Shown here: positions 44,186 to 53,103 of the stretch, piece by piece
How positions within the stretch are numbered: position 1 is the stretch's first letter
How the letters are laid out: every line of letters starts with the position of its first letter
NCBI GenBank assembly: GCA_027451965.1
Contig: DAIDHJ010000001.1
Coordinates: 87,639 to 151,638, forward strand
Direction: 5' to 3'
From: Candidatus Adlerbacteria bacterium
Lineage (GTDB): Bacteria > Patescibacteriota > Minisyncoccia > Phycocordibacterales > SBAW01
DNA: 64,000 nt
Notes under the pieces: model-generated
The model's input: the letters and a program-made list of their open reading frames with translations, nothing else
Told to the model about the DNA's origin: nothing
The model's database searches: none
Made by a program: the position numbers and the translations under genes

Positions 44186-44914
44186 TTATGCAGCATATTT
44201 TTCAGTTCCAGGAGTAATGCCATCAATATTTCTTTTAGACTGTTTATAGCGTGTTCCAAGTACTACATTATTACTTGGAGTAGATGTTTCCTTTTTTCTA
44301 TTTTGATTCATACTTTGCGCGGCAGCTTTAGAAGCTCCAATAGCCGCTCCTGCAGCTATTACTTCTGGCCCCCCTTCTACTCCCTTTATTGCACCAGCAA
44401 CAGCACCTTTTAGTATCTCTGGAGCAGCCTTTTTTAGGTTTTTCGTAGCTTTTTTTACAACAAGACGGAATACCATAACACTCCAAAGAGGCGCAACATC
44501 TGAAAAGGGAATTATCTTAGCAAGATAAAATGGCATAACAATCATTCCGTCAAACATACCGCTTATGGCGAAAAGTAATACTATAAATCCTGTTCCAATA
44601 CTTAGACTGATGGCTATGTTAACAATCATTCCGAGAAATATGGCTATAGGAGTTGCCGCTGGGGCGAGAAGTGGGTCAAGTAAAGAGCCAAGAATACCCC
44701 CAACCGCTGCTCCAGCAGTAGTGCAAGTAGTAAGAATTGTACCCCCAAAATGAGCACAAATCTTCCACCCAAGAAGCCCCCCTGTACTCGCACCGCCCAA
44801 AGTTCCTGTAAATGCTCCTATAAATCCGAAAAAAACTTCAAGCCCTAATTGAACCAGATCAAGAAATAGTGCAATAAAAAAATACGGAAGTGATCGAATA
44901 ATTAAACCTTTCAT
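44186..44914 (-). CDS. Gly-rich polytopic membrane protein of the T4SS-like operon
   Basis: About 4 TM helices rich in G/A. Its start overlaps the VirB4 stop by 4 nt. Confidence 0.4.
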   Translation of the reverse strand: MKGLIIRSLPYFFIALFLDLVQLGLEVFFGFIGAFTGTLGGASTGGLLGWKICAHFGGTILTTCTTAGAAVGGILGSLLDPLLAPAATPIAIFLGMIVNIAISLSIGTGFIVLLFAISGMFDGMIVMPFYLAKIIPFSDVAPLWSVMVFRLVVKKATKNLKKAAPEILKGAVAGAIKGVEGGPEVIAAGAAIGASKAAAQSMNQNRKKETSTPSNNVVLGTRYKQSKRNIDGITPGTEKYAA

Positions 44915-46743
44915 ATCTTTGAGGAAGTAGTAATAGCTGCATCTGCGCGTTTATTTCTTAGTGCAAGTATTTGTGAAGGATCTGAAGTAATAATCTGATC
45001 TTCAGTGTATGAAGCTATGATTTTAATAGCAACATGTTTCAATCCGGCAAAGAAAATTCCTTCACCAACATCACTTTCAAGTAGTAAGTATTTCTCTTCA
45101 TCAGAAAGGTTGAATGTTTTCTGTAAATTATCAATAGTGGTCGGTGATTGTTTAAGAAGTAATTGTAGAGAGGAATTGGTAATCATGGGTAATCCATACG
45201 GGCTTTTTAAAAAGTCATCAACATCTTGCGTGATAGTAGCAAGACCGAGATAATATTTTCTTCCTCGTTTTGCCATACCGTATAAGAAAGAAGCAGTATC
45301 TTCAGATTTCATCATCCACCATGCCTCATCAATAACGAGTAGTCGTTTTTTAAGATCTTTACGAACTGCATTCCATATGTAGTGCGTAATGATATACATC
45401 GCAACCGGTTTAAGATCATCTTCCATATCACGCACAGAAAAAACGACAAATTTCTTGTTTATATCAACATTTGTTGATTTATTTATGAATCCAGACCAAG
45501 TGCCTTGTGTGTATTTTGATAATCTTTGTACCAGAGATTCGCTTCCTTCAATACTGCGTAACACCATTTCAAAATCTGAAAGTAATGGTGGTTCAATCTG
45601 TGTGAAGTCTGATTCAATAGTTATATCTTTCAGTGCGTACGTTTCGGTAATAGCTTTATCAATAATCGCATCTTCTTCTGGAGAAAGACCGCCAAGCATG
45701 ATTCGGAATAAACCAACCAGTGAAACGATATTACTACGTAGTATATCTGCAGAACTCTCATCTTCTCTTGGATGCGGTAAATCAAAAGGGTTTATATGAT
45801 CTTCTGAATTAAGAGAAATATTGAAGTATCTTCCACCGACTGCTTGTGAAAGAAATTCGTATTCTCGTTCTGGGTCTATAACAATAACTTCCGTATCAAA
45901 CATTAATGTGCGCAATATTTCTAATTTAGTCGCATATGATTTTCCTGACCCTGATTTTGCAAAAATAACAGAGTTATAGTTCTCCAAACTAAAACGATCA
46001 AATAGTATGAGTGATGCATTATGTCTATTTACTCCATATAAAATTCCTTTATCAGAAGTAAGATCGAATGATACAAAAGGAAACACTGAAGAAAGTGGAG
46101 ATGAGTTAAGTTTCGTTTGTATAGCAAGTTCATTACTTGCAATGGGAATTACACTACGAAATCCCTGCTCTTGTTGAAATAAAGCTGGTTTTACATATAC
46201 CAATCGAGATTCAAGCATAGATTTAATTTCACTCTCTGCCTTATCAAGCTCTTCAGTTGTGGAAGCATAGATAGTGATATAAATACTTACATTGAAAATA
46301 CGTTCCTGAGCTTGTTGGAGTTGATCTCGTAGATTTTCAAGATCTTGATATGCAGTATCGAGTATTGGATCTCGTACCAATCCTTTTTCTTCCCTGGTCA
46401 TTATTTGACTCTGCACCTCAGCTACTTTTTTCTGAAATTTCTTAAGAATATCTGCAGAATCTATTGGTTCAACAAAAATAGAAATATCCAGTACTCGGTC
46501 CAAGTTAATTACCGGAGCGAACCAACTATCAGTAAGTGTTCTTGGATATGACATAACAAAAAATGTTCTAGCAATTTTGTCTCCCAGATTAATTTCTCGA
46601 GGAGTTATTTTTAATGCTGAAGGAGCAATAATGTCTTGTAATTCAAGCACGCCTTGTTTGTATATTTGTTCAGGAAGTATTGGTGTAACTACCGGTGCAG
46701 TAGTTGGAGATGATTTATTTTTTAAAAAATCAAACAGTGCCAT
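44911..46743 (-). CDS. virB4: VirB4/TrbE/CagE-family type IV secretion ATPase (C-terminal ATPase domain, 610 aa)
   Basis: Walker A VIFAKSGSGKSY, Walker B LLVIDEAWWMM, downstream LGLATITQDVDDF motif. Confidence 0.8.
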   Translation of the reverse strand: MALFDFLKNKSSPTTAPVVTPILPEQIYKQGVLELQDIIAPSALKITPREINLGDKIARTFFVMSYPRTLTDSWFAPVINLDRVLDISIFVEPIDSADILKKFQKKVAEVQSQIMTREEKGLVRDPILDTAYQDLENLRDQLQQAQERIFNVSIYITIYASTTEELDKAESEIKSMLESRLVYVKPALFQQEQGFRSVIPIASNELAIQTKLNSSPLSSVFPFVSFDLTSDKGILYGVNRHNASLILFDRFSLENYNSVIFAKSGSGKSYATKLEILRTLMFDTEVIVIDPEREYEFLSQAVGGRYFNISLNSEDHINPFDLPHPREDESSADILRSNIVSLVGLFRIMLGGLSPEEDAIIDKAITETYALKDITIESDFTQIEPPLLSDFEMVLRSIEGSESLVQRLSKYTQGTWSGFINKSTNVDINKKFVVFSVRDMEDDLKPVAMYIITHYIWNAVRKDLKKRLLVIDEAWWMMKSEDTASFLYGMAKRGRKYYLGLATITQDVDDFLKSPYGLPMITNSSLQLLLKQSPTTIDNLQKTFNLSDEEKYLLLESDVGEGIFFAGLKHVAIKIIASYTEDQIITSDPSQILALRNKRADAAITTSSKI

Positions 46744-46744
46744 A

Positions 46745-47395
46745 TTATTTTTGCACTATAGCTTGTAATGGTTTTTCTAGTTCTCCTGGATTGAATAATT
46801 TATAAAATAATTCAATCATTTCTTCTGTGCCCAATGCCACAACACGCACACCGGTACGTACCAACCCTTGTTCAATAACAGAAATTCTCTGTTCTAATTG
46901 TGTTTGATACTGTTCAAATTGTTCATCAGTTAGTGTAATAGTTGCATTTGTTCCTGGAATAAGTGTATTTAGACTATTAAGTATATTTCCTTTAGCAATA
47001 AACGGAGGATCGTATGGTACTACGATGAAGAAATTTTTTGCCATGATATTGGCACGTTCTGTGAAATCTTTAATAAAAGTTATATATTCTCGTATCTGAA
47101 TTTTCATTAAATCATCCAATTCTGCGGCATACCGCTCTTCCAACAATGCAACATATGGGCGTATATCCAAATCTCTGGATTCAATAAAAAACTGTACTGG
47201 AAACTCTAATGAATTCAGAAAATTCTGAAATTGAGCAATAATAGCTTGTTGTTCATCAGTACTTTTTAAAGAAAGATTAATGGAAGAAGCCATAAGCAAG
47301 GAGCGCAATTGTCCATTTTTAAGGATTACAATACCATCCCGCACTTCTTTAATAGGGACAAAATTTTGAGTTGCTTGTGCTGTTACTGTGGCCAT
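46745..47395 (-). CDS. VirB4 N-terminal (CagE_TrbE_VirB-like) domain encoded as a separate 216-aa ORF
   Basis: ...IVILKNGQLRSLLMASSINLSLKSTDEQQAIIAQFQNFLNSLEFPVQFFIESRDLD resembles the N-terminal domain of VirB4/TraE/PrgJ proteins. Its stop is 2 nt before the ATPase ORF start. Confidence 0.45.
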   Translation of the reverse strand: MATVTAQATQNFVPIKEVRDGIVILKNGQLRSLLMASSINLSLKSTDEQQAIIAQFQNFLNSLEFPVQFFIESRDLDIRPYVALLEERYAAELDDLMKIQIREYITFIKDFTERANIMAKNFFIVVPYDPPFIAKGNILNSLNTLIPGTNATITLTDEQFEQYQTQLEQRISVIEQGLVRTGVRVVALGTEEMIELFYKLFNPGELEKPLQAIVQK

Positions 47396-47397
47396 AT

Positions 47398-47838
47398 TTA
47401 TATTTTAAAATCCTTGGAATCACTCTCTTCTTGTAGTGCTTTTGTTTGATCTTTTATATTGAGTGACCAAGATAATTCTTTGAGTTTATTTTGTGAAAGT
47501 TTCGGAACTTCCACTGAGGAAGGAGCTATCATTTTTGTCCCTTTTTTTGTAACAGTTTGTTCTCGTTGTTTCCACAAATATAACTTTACTCCCAGCGCAT
47601 AGGTGAATGCATGTTCTAAGGTATTAATGAGTGGTTGCTCGTTTATTTTATAGAATGCAAGTGCAACAGACAGTGTTACAACTGGAATTGCAGCAGGAAT
47701 AGCGATATATAGTGGTAGTAAGGTAAAAAAAACAAGACACAATCCCCCGCCGCCAGCCAGGTAAATAAACTGTTTTAAGGTAAGGGGACCAAATATCTTA
47801 TCCTCTACCTCGATAAACTGAGGAACTTGATACTGCAC
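47398..47838 (-). CDS. PrgI-family (VirB3-like) small membrane protein
   Basis: MQYQVPQFIEVEDKIFGPLTLKQFIYLAGGGG followed by a hydrophobic hairpin: the PrgI/VirB3-analog pattern immediately upstream of VirB4. Confidence 0.55.
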   Translation of the reverse strand: MQYQVPQFIEVEDKIFGPLTLKQFIYLAGGGGLCLVFFTLLPLYIAIPAAIPVVTLSVALAFYKINEQPLINTLEHAFTYALGVKLYLWKQREQTVTKKGTKMIAPSSVEVPKLSQNKLKELSWSLNIKDQTKALQEESDSKDFKI

Positions 47839-47860
47839 AGTATTAAGTATATCGCAGATT

Positions 47861-48427
47861 CTACTCTATTGGTTCTCGATACGGGTCAGTTTTGTAGGCT
47901 GATTCAGGATGTGTTTGTGGAGGTGTAAGCTCTTGTGATACAGGAGAATCAATTTTAGGTAACCGTTGCGTAACTGGTGTTGAGAGAGCTGTATCCACAC
48001 TCAGTGGCAATGTTGTATGTACAGGTTGTTCTTCAGAATTAGGATTAATAACAGTATTCGAGCTAGTTATAGTCGGTGCTGTTTCTATAGAATGTACCTG
48101 TTCTTGTGGAATACTATTTTCCATATCCTTACGAATCTTGCTGAGCAATAATTCATCTACATCTTTCGCTATAGACGCGGCCGTATCTGGAGCAACCTCC
48201 AAACTTTCAGCAATATTTGAATTAAAATCCTCGGGTTCTATAAAACCTAATATGAAAGAAACCACTTCATGTTCCAAATTACCCAATTGATCAAGATGCA
48301 GTCCGTGTTTCTCACCTATTTTTGTAAGAATATCTCCCATCTCTTCACTGTAGATGAATTCTTGTGTTGTTTTTGGTAATGCGTGCAAACGAGCAACTGC
48401 ATCTTCAGATGAATATATGCTTGTCAT
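47861..48427 (-). CDS. hypothetical soluble protein of the T4SS-like operon
   Basis: No TM, no motif. Start set at MTSIYSS to avoid overlap with the VirB6-like gene. Confidence 0.35.
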   Translation of the reverse strand: MTSIYSSEDAVARLHALPKTTQEFIYSEEMGDILTKIGEKHGLHLDQLGNLEHEVVSFILGFIEPEDFNSNIAESLEVAPDTAASIAKDVDELLLSKIRKDMENSIPQEQVHSIETAPTITSSNTVINPNSEEQPVHTTLPLSVDTALSTPVTQRLPKIDSPVSQELTPPQTHPESAYKTDPYREPIE

Positions 48428-48446
48428 ATAAATATATAGTACTATA

Positions 48447-50819
48447 TTACGCTTCTTTCTTTTTAATAATATCCATTTGTCCTTCTTGTGTTTCTCCGGT
48501 AAGACGGGAGATATGCGTTGGCGTTTCTCGGACTGTTTTTTCAAGATTTTTTAGTGCGCTATGTATTTGTTGTGCTGTATCAAGATCTATCTTTGCTGCG
48601 AATGTCTTTTCTTTGTCCTTAGAATTCTTTGCTTGTGTAAGGGCAAACTTATATCCATCAACATTGCTTTGTGATTTAGAGAGTGCATCACTCACTGTTT
48701 TTGCGGTAAGTCGAGATCCATTTTTAATTTCTAATGGAAGTTTATCAAGCGGAAGTTTCAATGTTGTTTGCAATTCATCCAATTTCTTAAGAAGTTTATC
48801 TCCTGTATTTATTGAAGCCTCTACCGAATTTGATTTTATTTGTTGCGGCAAATTTGCAAGCGCTTGCTCAACAGCTGCACGCTCTGGAAGTATATTTTTC
48901 CATTGTTCATTTTCTGCTAGCCACTTTTGAGATTCTTTTATCCATTGCTCTTTAATATCTTCTGGTATTGGCAAAGATTTAGAGTGGAGGTCTTTTCGGA
49001 TAAGAGATCTTTGCATTATCTCTTTACTACGTTGTTTTCGAGCTTCAGTTTGAGCTTCAATCTGAGCATCAAGTTGAGCACGTTTTGTTTCCAATGCCTC
49101 CTTGCTTTTATTACTCCAAATACTTGTAACTTGTTCTTTTGTATCTTTTCGTATATTGTCATTTTCTTCAATACTACTTTTCTTTTGTTGTTTGGTAATA
49201 ATGGGAGCAATTGTTTGAAGTGGTTTATCTATTGTTACCATTCTTGCAAGCGTTTCTATCTCCTTCGTTTTCATATTTGTGATTCGGTTGGCATCTTTTT
49301 GATCAACTTTTTGGTTGTTAGTTAGAGCTTCGTGTACTCGTGTAACCGCTTTTTTATTTTCAGCATCACGGAAATTCTGATTTTCTTCCACGTTTCGTTT
49401 ATATGTACGGTTTAGGAATGAGTTTCTTGATTCAAGACCAAGAACATTCTTATCCATAGCAGCCCTTGTAGTTTTTTCTCGGATTGTATGGCCGAGTTTT
49501 GTATTTCCAAAAGAGGACAATCTGAATTTCTCATCCACTTTCTGTAATCCTAGACCTACACTGCCGTGATATACTTCATTTGCTCCACTTTTTGCCACAC
49601 CAACTGCAGCTCTCGGTATCATTGTGGACCATTTTTGGACTTGTCCGGTAACACTGCCAGCAATTTTATGTGCAAATTTGTTTCCTTCAGCAGCGATAAC
49701 GTCCACTGACTGTAGACCGAAAAATAGCATTGCCATCACGATACCTAATCGTATAACTAATGCTGCAATACCAATAAATAATCCTTGATTTGGATTCCCA
49801 AATATTTGTGTAGCAATATCTCCCTTAAGACCATTACTCATGTTTGTCGCCGTTTCTACTAAAATGTAAAACATGAAAAGAAATGCAGCGGGGTAAATAG
49901 AAAACTCTATAAGTGCTTTTTGCCAGCGATCATACAAAGAGGAACCCTTACTAAGGGCACGTGCTGCAAACGCAAGAGGTGCAAGAATTAATACAAACCA
50001 AAGCACAATTGTACGCATAAGAAACTTAACTCCTGCAGTAGTAAATGCAAATATCAAAATCCAATATGCAGCAGCCACTGCTATAAATAAAGTAGAGAGT
50101 GTAATAATCTCAGTGACTGTACCAAATGCACTAAATCCTAACTTGTCTTTCCAGCTTTGGAAGGCAGTGTTATCAAACATATGCTGTAATCCAATTTCAT
50201 TCATGATTGGTTCAGTAAGATCTTTTGTTCCGGCACTTGAGAAACCGCCTATACCTCCTAACACTGATGTTAAATTAGAGGCAGCTCCCCCTTCTGTTTC
50301 AAACGCTGGAGCTGAAATGACATTATAAAATTCGATTCCAAGAATATTTCCCACATCAATAACGACGCGGGTAATCAGGAAGCTAAAATTCACCAAAAGT
50401 GCCATCACAATAAGCATTGAAAGCATGCGCATAGTGCCACCAGTCTCAGCTTCAAATAGGATTGTTATGGCTATGTAAATCAGAATAAAAAGAAAAGCCA
50501 TATTGGCTATACTCAATGCCGTTTGCCACCCAGTTGAAAGAAAATCAATAGCGTATCCGCTACTGCTTAAACTCAGTTTTACAATAAGGTCAAATACATA
50601 CGCAATAATAAATGCAGCATCTGCAGATAGTGCGGGAATGATATAAACTAATCCGGTAATACAAGTGCCGAGATCTGTACAAAAGTTATCTGGTATTAAA
50701 CTACCTGTGGTATATGTACCTGCGCCATACGTAATTGCAGGAGCAAAAGAAGCTATTACTACAATAGCTATCATGCATAAAATTAAAATTTTACTGTATG
50801 ATTTATGTGCCAAATGCAT
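48447..50819 (-). CDS. VirB6/TrbL-like polytopic membrane protein with ~350-aa charged coiled-coil C-terminal extension
   Basis: About 8 TM helices in the first 440 aa (VirB6/TrbL architecture), then K/E/Q-rich helical sequence. Confidence 0.55.
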   Translation of the reverse strand: MHLAHKSYSKILILCMIAIVVIASFAPAITYGAGTYTTGSLIPDNFCTDLGTCITGLVYIIPALSADAAFIIAYVFDLIVKLSLSSSGYAIDFLSTGWQTALSIANMAFLFILIYIAITILFEAETGGTMRMLSMLIVMALLVNFSFLITRVVIDVGNILGIEFYNVISAPAFETEGGAASNLTSVLGGIGGFSSAGTKDLTEPIMNEIGLQHMFDNTAFQSWKDKLGFSAFGTVTEIITLSTLFIAVAAAYWILIFAFTTAGVKFLMRTIVLWFVLILAPLAFAARALSKGSSLYDRWQKALIEFSIYPAAFLFMFYILVETATNMSNGLKGDIATQIFGNPNQGLFIGIAALVIRLGIVMAMLFFGLQSVDVIAAEGNKFAHKIAGSVTGQVQKWSTMIPRAAVGVAKSGANEVYHGSVGLGLQKVDEKFRLSSFGNTKLGHTIREKTTRAAMDKNVLGLESRNSFLNRTYKRNVEENQNFRDAENKKAVTRVHEALTNNQKVDQKDANRITNMKTKEIETLARMVTIDKPLQTIAPIITKQQKKSSIEENDNIRKDTKEQVTSIWSNKSKEALETKRAQLDAQIEAQTEARKQRSKEIMQRSLIRKDLHSKSLPIPEDIKEQWIKESQKWLAENEQWKNILPERAAVEQALANLPQQIKSNSVEASINTGDKLLKKLDELQTTLKLPLDKLPLEIKNGSRLTAKTVSDALSKSQSNVDGYKFALTQAKNSKDKEKTFAAKIDLDTAQQIHSALKNLEKTVRETPTHISRLTGETQEGQMDIIKKKEA

Positions 50820-53103
50820 AACATTGTTGCAGCTGCGTGCTTGTATCTTGGTTTATGGTTGCAAGCTGTGATTGTAATGTGGTGCGATTCTGTTGCGCGG
50901 TAGTCAAATCAGTAACCGTAATGAGTGATCCGTTAGATTGATCTGTGGTATAGGTTGTTTGTACCGTTTGCACGTCAGATGCTGAGTTTGCATTTAGTAC
51001 CTGTGTTTGTAATTGTTGCAATAGTGCAATAGCGCTATTAGCAATAGTTATTTGATTATTATCTGCATCTACTTGTTCTTGAAGGGAGGTAATTTGCGCT
51101 TCAGTACTTGAAGCATTTGCTGCTGCTTGTGCTTGTTTATCAGCTGAAAATGCAGTTGAAGTAGCAGCTGATCCCCAACAATTTGCAAGTGTTTGTAGTT
51201 GTGCTTGTGTATTTTGTATATCTTGAATAGATCCTTGTTCTATATATCCATATTGCTGTGCCGTATTTGTATCTCCCTGCATTTGTGTCAGTAGTTGTTG
51301 AGCAAGGTCTGCCCCTGGTTGTGTTCCTCCGCCTGTGGAAGACGGTCCTCCTCCAGAAAGATTAGAAACACCCCCTTGGAGAGCAGTTTGGATAAGTTGA
51401 TTCATAAGTGCACTGATAATCTGATCAAAATCTTGTGCTGCATTTAATTGATCAATCGGCGCACCAAGTGTTTTGCTAAGCTGGTTAGCAATAACAGTGC
51501 CTGGGGTAGTGACTGTACAATGGCACCCAACGGGACATACAGTGCCAACATTGGAACTTTTTGTTCCTTGTTGTTGATTCGCACAACTATTTACTTGGTA
51601 AATACTCAAGAATCCTTCCGGAGAAATACTTTGTGAAAGCTTCTGATCTGCTTGCGAAATAGCTCCTTGTAATCCCGAGCTTAATTGAATATATGCACCA
51701 AAGGGATTGTTAAGTGGTGCATTGGTAAGTGAAATAAGTGCAGGCCATCCTCCAGCAGAAAAATCGCCATGTAAGAAGTTAGTTATATTAGACGTTACCT
51801 GGTTTAAGGTACAAGAATTGGTGCTAGTAGGAGGAGCTTGGCTTGTGGCATAGCTTTGTGCAACTGCTATTTTTACTTGCAATGCAAATGGACTACATAG
51901 GAATGAGAAGTTACTGCTCTGTAAATACGCACCAGCGGCCTGATTAGCTGCATCAGCAAATATCTGCTGGTAATCTTGAACAAAGGTAGGAGAACCATGG
52001 AATCCACTGTTTATCCAATTCACCGTATTTGCAGTAATTTGATTGAGAATGGTTCTGGCAAGATAACGTGCCATGCAGCTCAAAAATTGATTACCAGCAA
52101 CAGTGTTTTGCTGCGCAGTATTTTGTGCTGCATTAGCAGCGGTAATTCCAGCTGCTAGTTCAAGAGGAACATCAGATACATGAACCCCTAATGCTGCATT
52201 TGCTGTTGCCGATGCGCCTACTGATGTTCCCGCTGCCCCTCCTAAAGAATCTGCAGTTGCTTGTTCCTGTACAAGGAGTGAGCATGCAGCTGCAGTAATG
52301 CCTGCATCAAGTAGTGTGCTCGTAATACCCCCTCCTGTATTTCCTCCGCCTCCAGTGATAGTTCCAGGGTTAGGGTTGAATATATTTCCTGAACCGGTTG
52401 GGCTTGAACTACTCACACCATTGATAGGTGTGGGGTTGAATGGATTTCCACCGCCAGGAATCCACACACCTCCTATTGGAGTAGTGGTTGCCGGATTTCC
52501 TCCATTAGGACATTCTGCACATGCGCTTCCTTGTGCACAGGTTTGTGTAGTGATGTGGCATGACCCATCTGTGTTTTGCGTGCCATCAGTACATGTTTGT
52601 GTTCCATCATTTCCACAGGAACAAGAAAAACTACAAGTGCCTCCAACAGGGGTTGTGGTAGTGCCTGGTCCAGTTATTCCAGTACCTCCTGTTCCTGGTG
52701 GTGATCCGCCAGTACCTCCCGGATACCCTCCACTACCTGAATAGACAGGATACGTATATTGTCCACCTGTATAGGTGCCGTTTTGTGAAGATCCAACACC
52801 AGTATTGTTATGGTTGATAAAACCAGTAAAAGTATTGAATAGCGAACCAAGACCAGTTAAAACACCAGAAGTTCCATACGCTAGTGGATTTCCAGATCCA
52901 CCAGAACCTTGATTTTGGGTTACCCCAACATTTGATGTATTTACACCAGTAGTAGTACTAGTGCTGCTAGTTTGTTGCTGTTGTCCAAGATACCAAAGCC
53001 ATAAAAAAAGCAGTACTGCTGCAATTAGTAGCGCTCCAATGAGTATCCAAATAATGCGTTTAACGGTTGGGTTCATGGTGTAGGAGGCAAGAATACATTC
53101 CAC
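50803..53103 (-). CDS. 766-aa N-terminally anchored Gly/Thr/Asn-rich protein with a Cys-rich module
   Basis: TM IIWILIGALLIAAVLLFLWLWYL. GGTGG/NTGGG low-complexity regions. Cys module GGTCSFSCSCGNDGTQTCTDGTQNTDGSCHITTQTCAQGSACAECPNGG. C-terminal Q/T/A-rich helical region. Confidence 0.45.
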   Translation of the reverse strand: MECILASYTMNPTVKRIIWILIGALLIAAVLLFLWLWYLGQQQQTSSTSTTTGVNTSNVGVTQNQGSGGSGNPLAYGTSGVLTGLGSLFNTFTGFINHNNTGVGSSQNGTYTGGQYTYPVYSGSGGYPGGTGGSPPGTGGTGITGPGTTTTPVGGTCSFSCSCGNDGTQTCTDGTQNTDGSCHITTQTCAQGSACAECPNGGNPATTTPIGGVWIPGGGNPFNPTPINGVSSSSPTGSGNIFNPNPGTITGGGGNTGGGITSTLLDAGITAAACSLLVQEQATADSLGGAAGTSVGASATANAALGVHVSDVPLELAAGITAANAAQNTAQQNTVAGNQFLSCMARYLARTILNQITANTVNWINSGFHGSPTFVQDYQQIFADAANQAAGAYLQSSNFSFLCSPFALQVKIAVAQSYATSQAPPTSTNSCTLNQVTSNITNFLHGDFSAGGWPALISLTNAPLNNPFGAYIQLSSGLQGAISQADQKLSQSISPEGFLSIYQVNSCANQQQGTKSSNVGTVCPVGCHCTVTTPGTVIANQLSKTLGAPIDQLNAAQDFDQIISALMNQLIQTALQGGVSNLSGGGPSSTGGGTQPGADLAQQLLTQMQGDTNTAQQYGYIEQGSIQDIQNTQAQLQTLANCWGSAATSTAFSADKQAQAAANASSTEAQITSLQEQVDADNNQITIANSAIALLQQLQTQVLNANSASDVQTVQTTYTTDQSNGSLITVTDLTTAQQNRTTLQSQLATINQDTSTQLQQCYAFGT

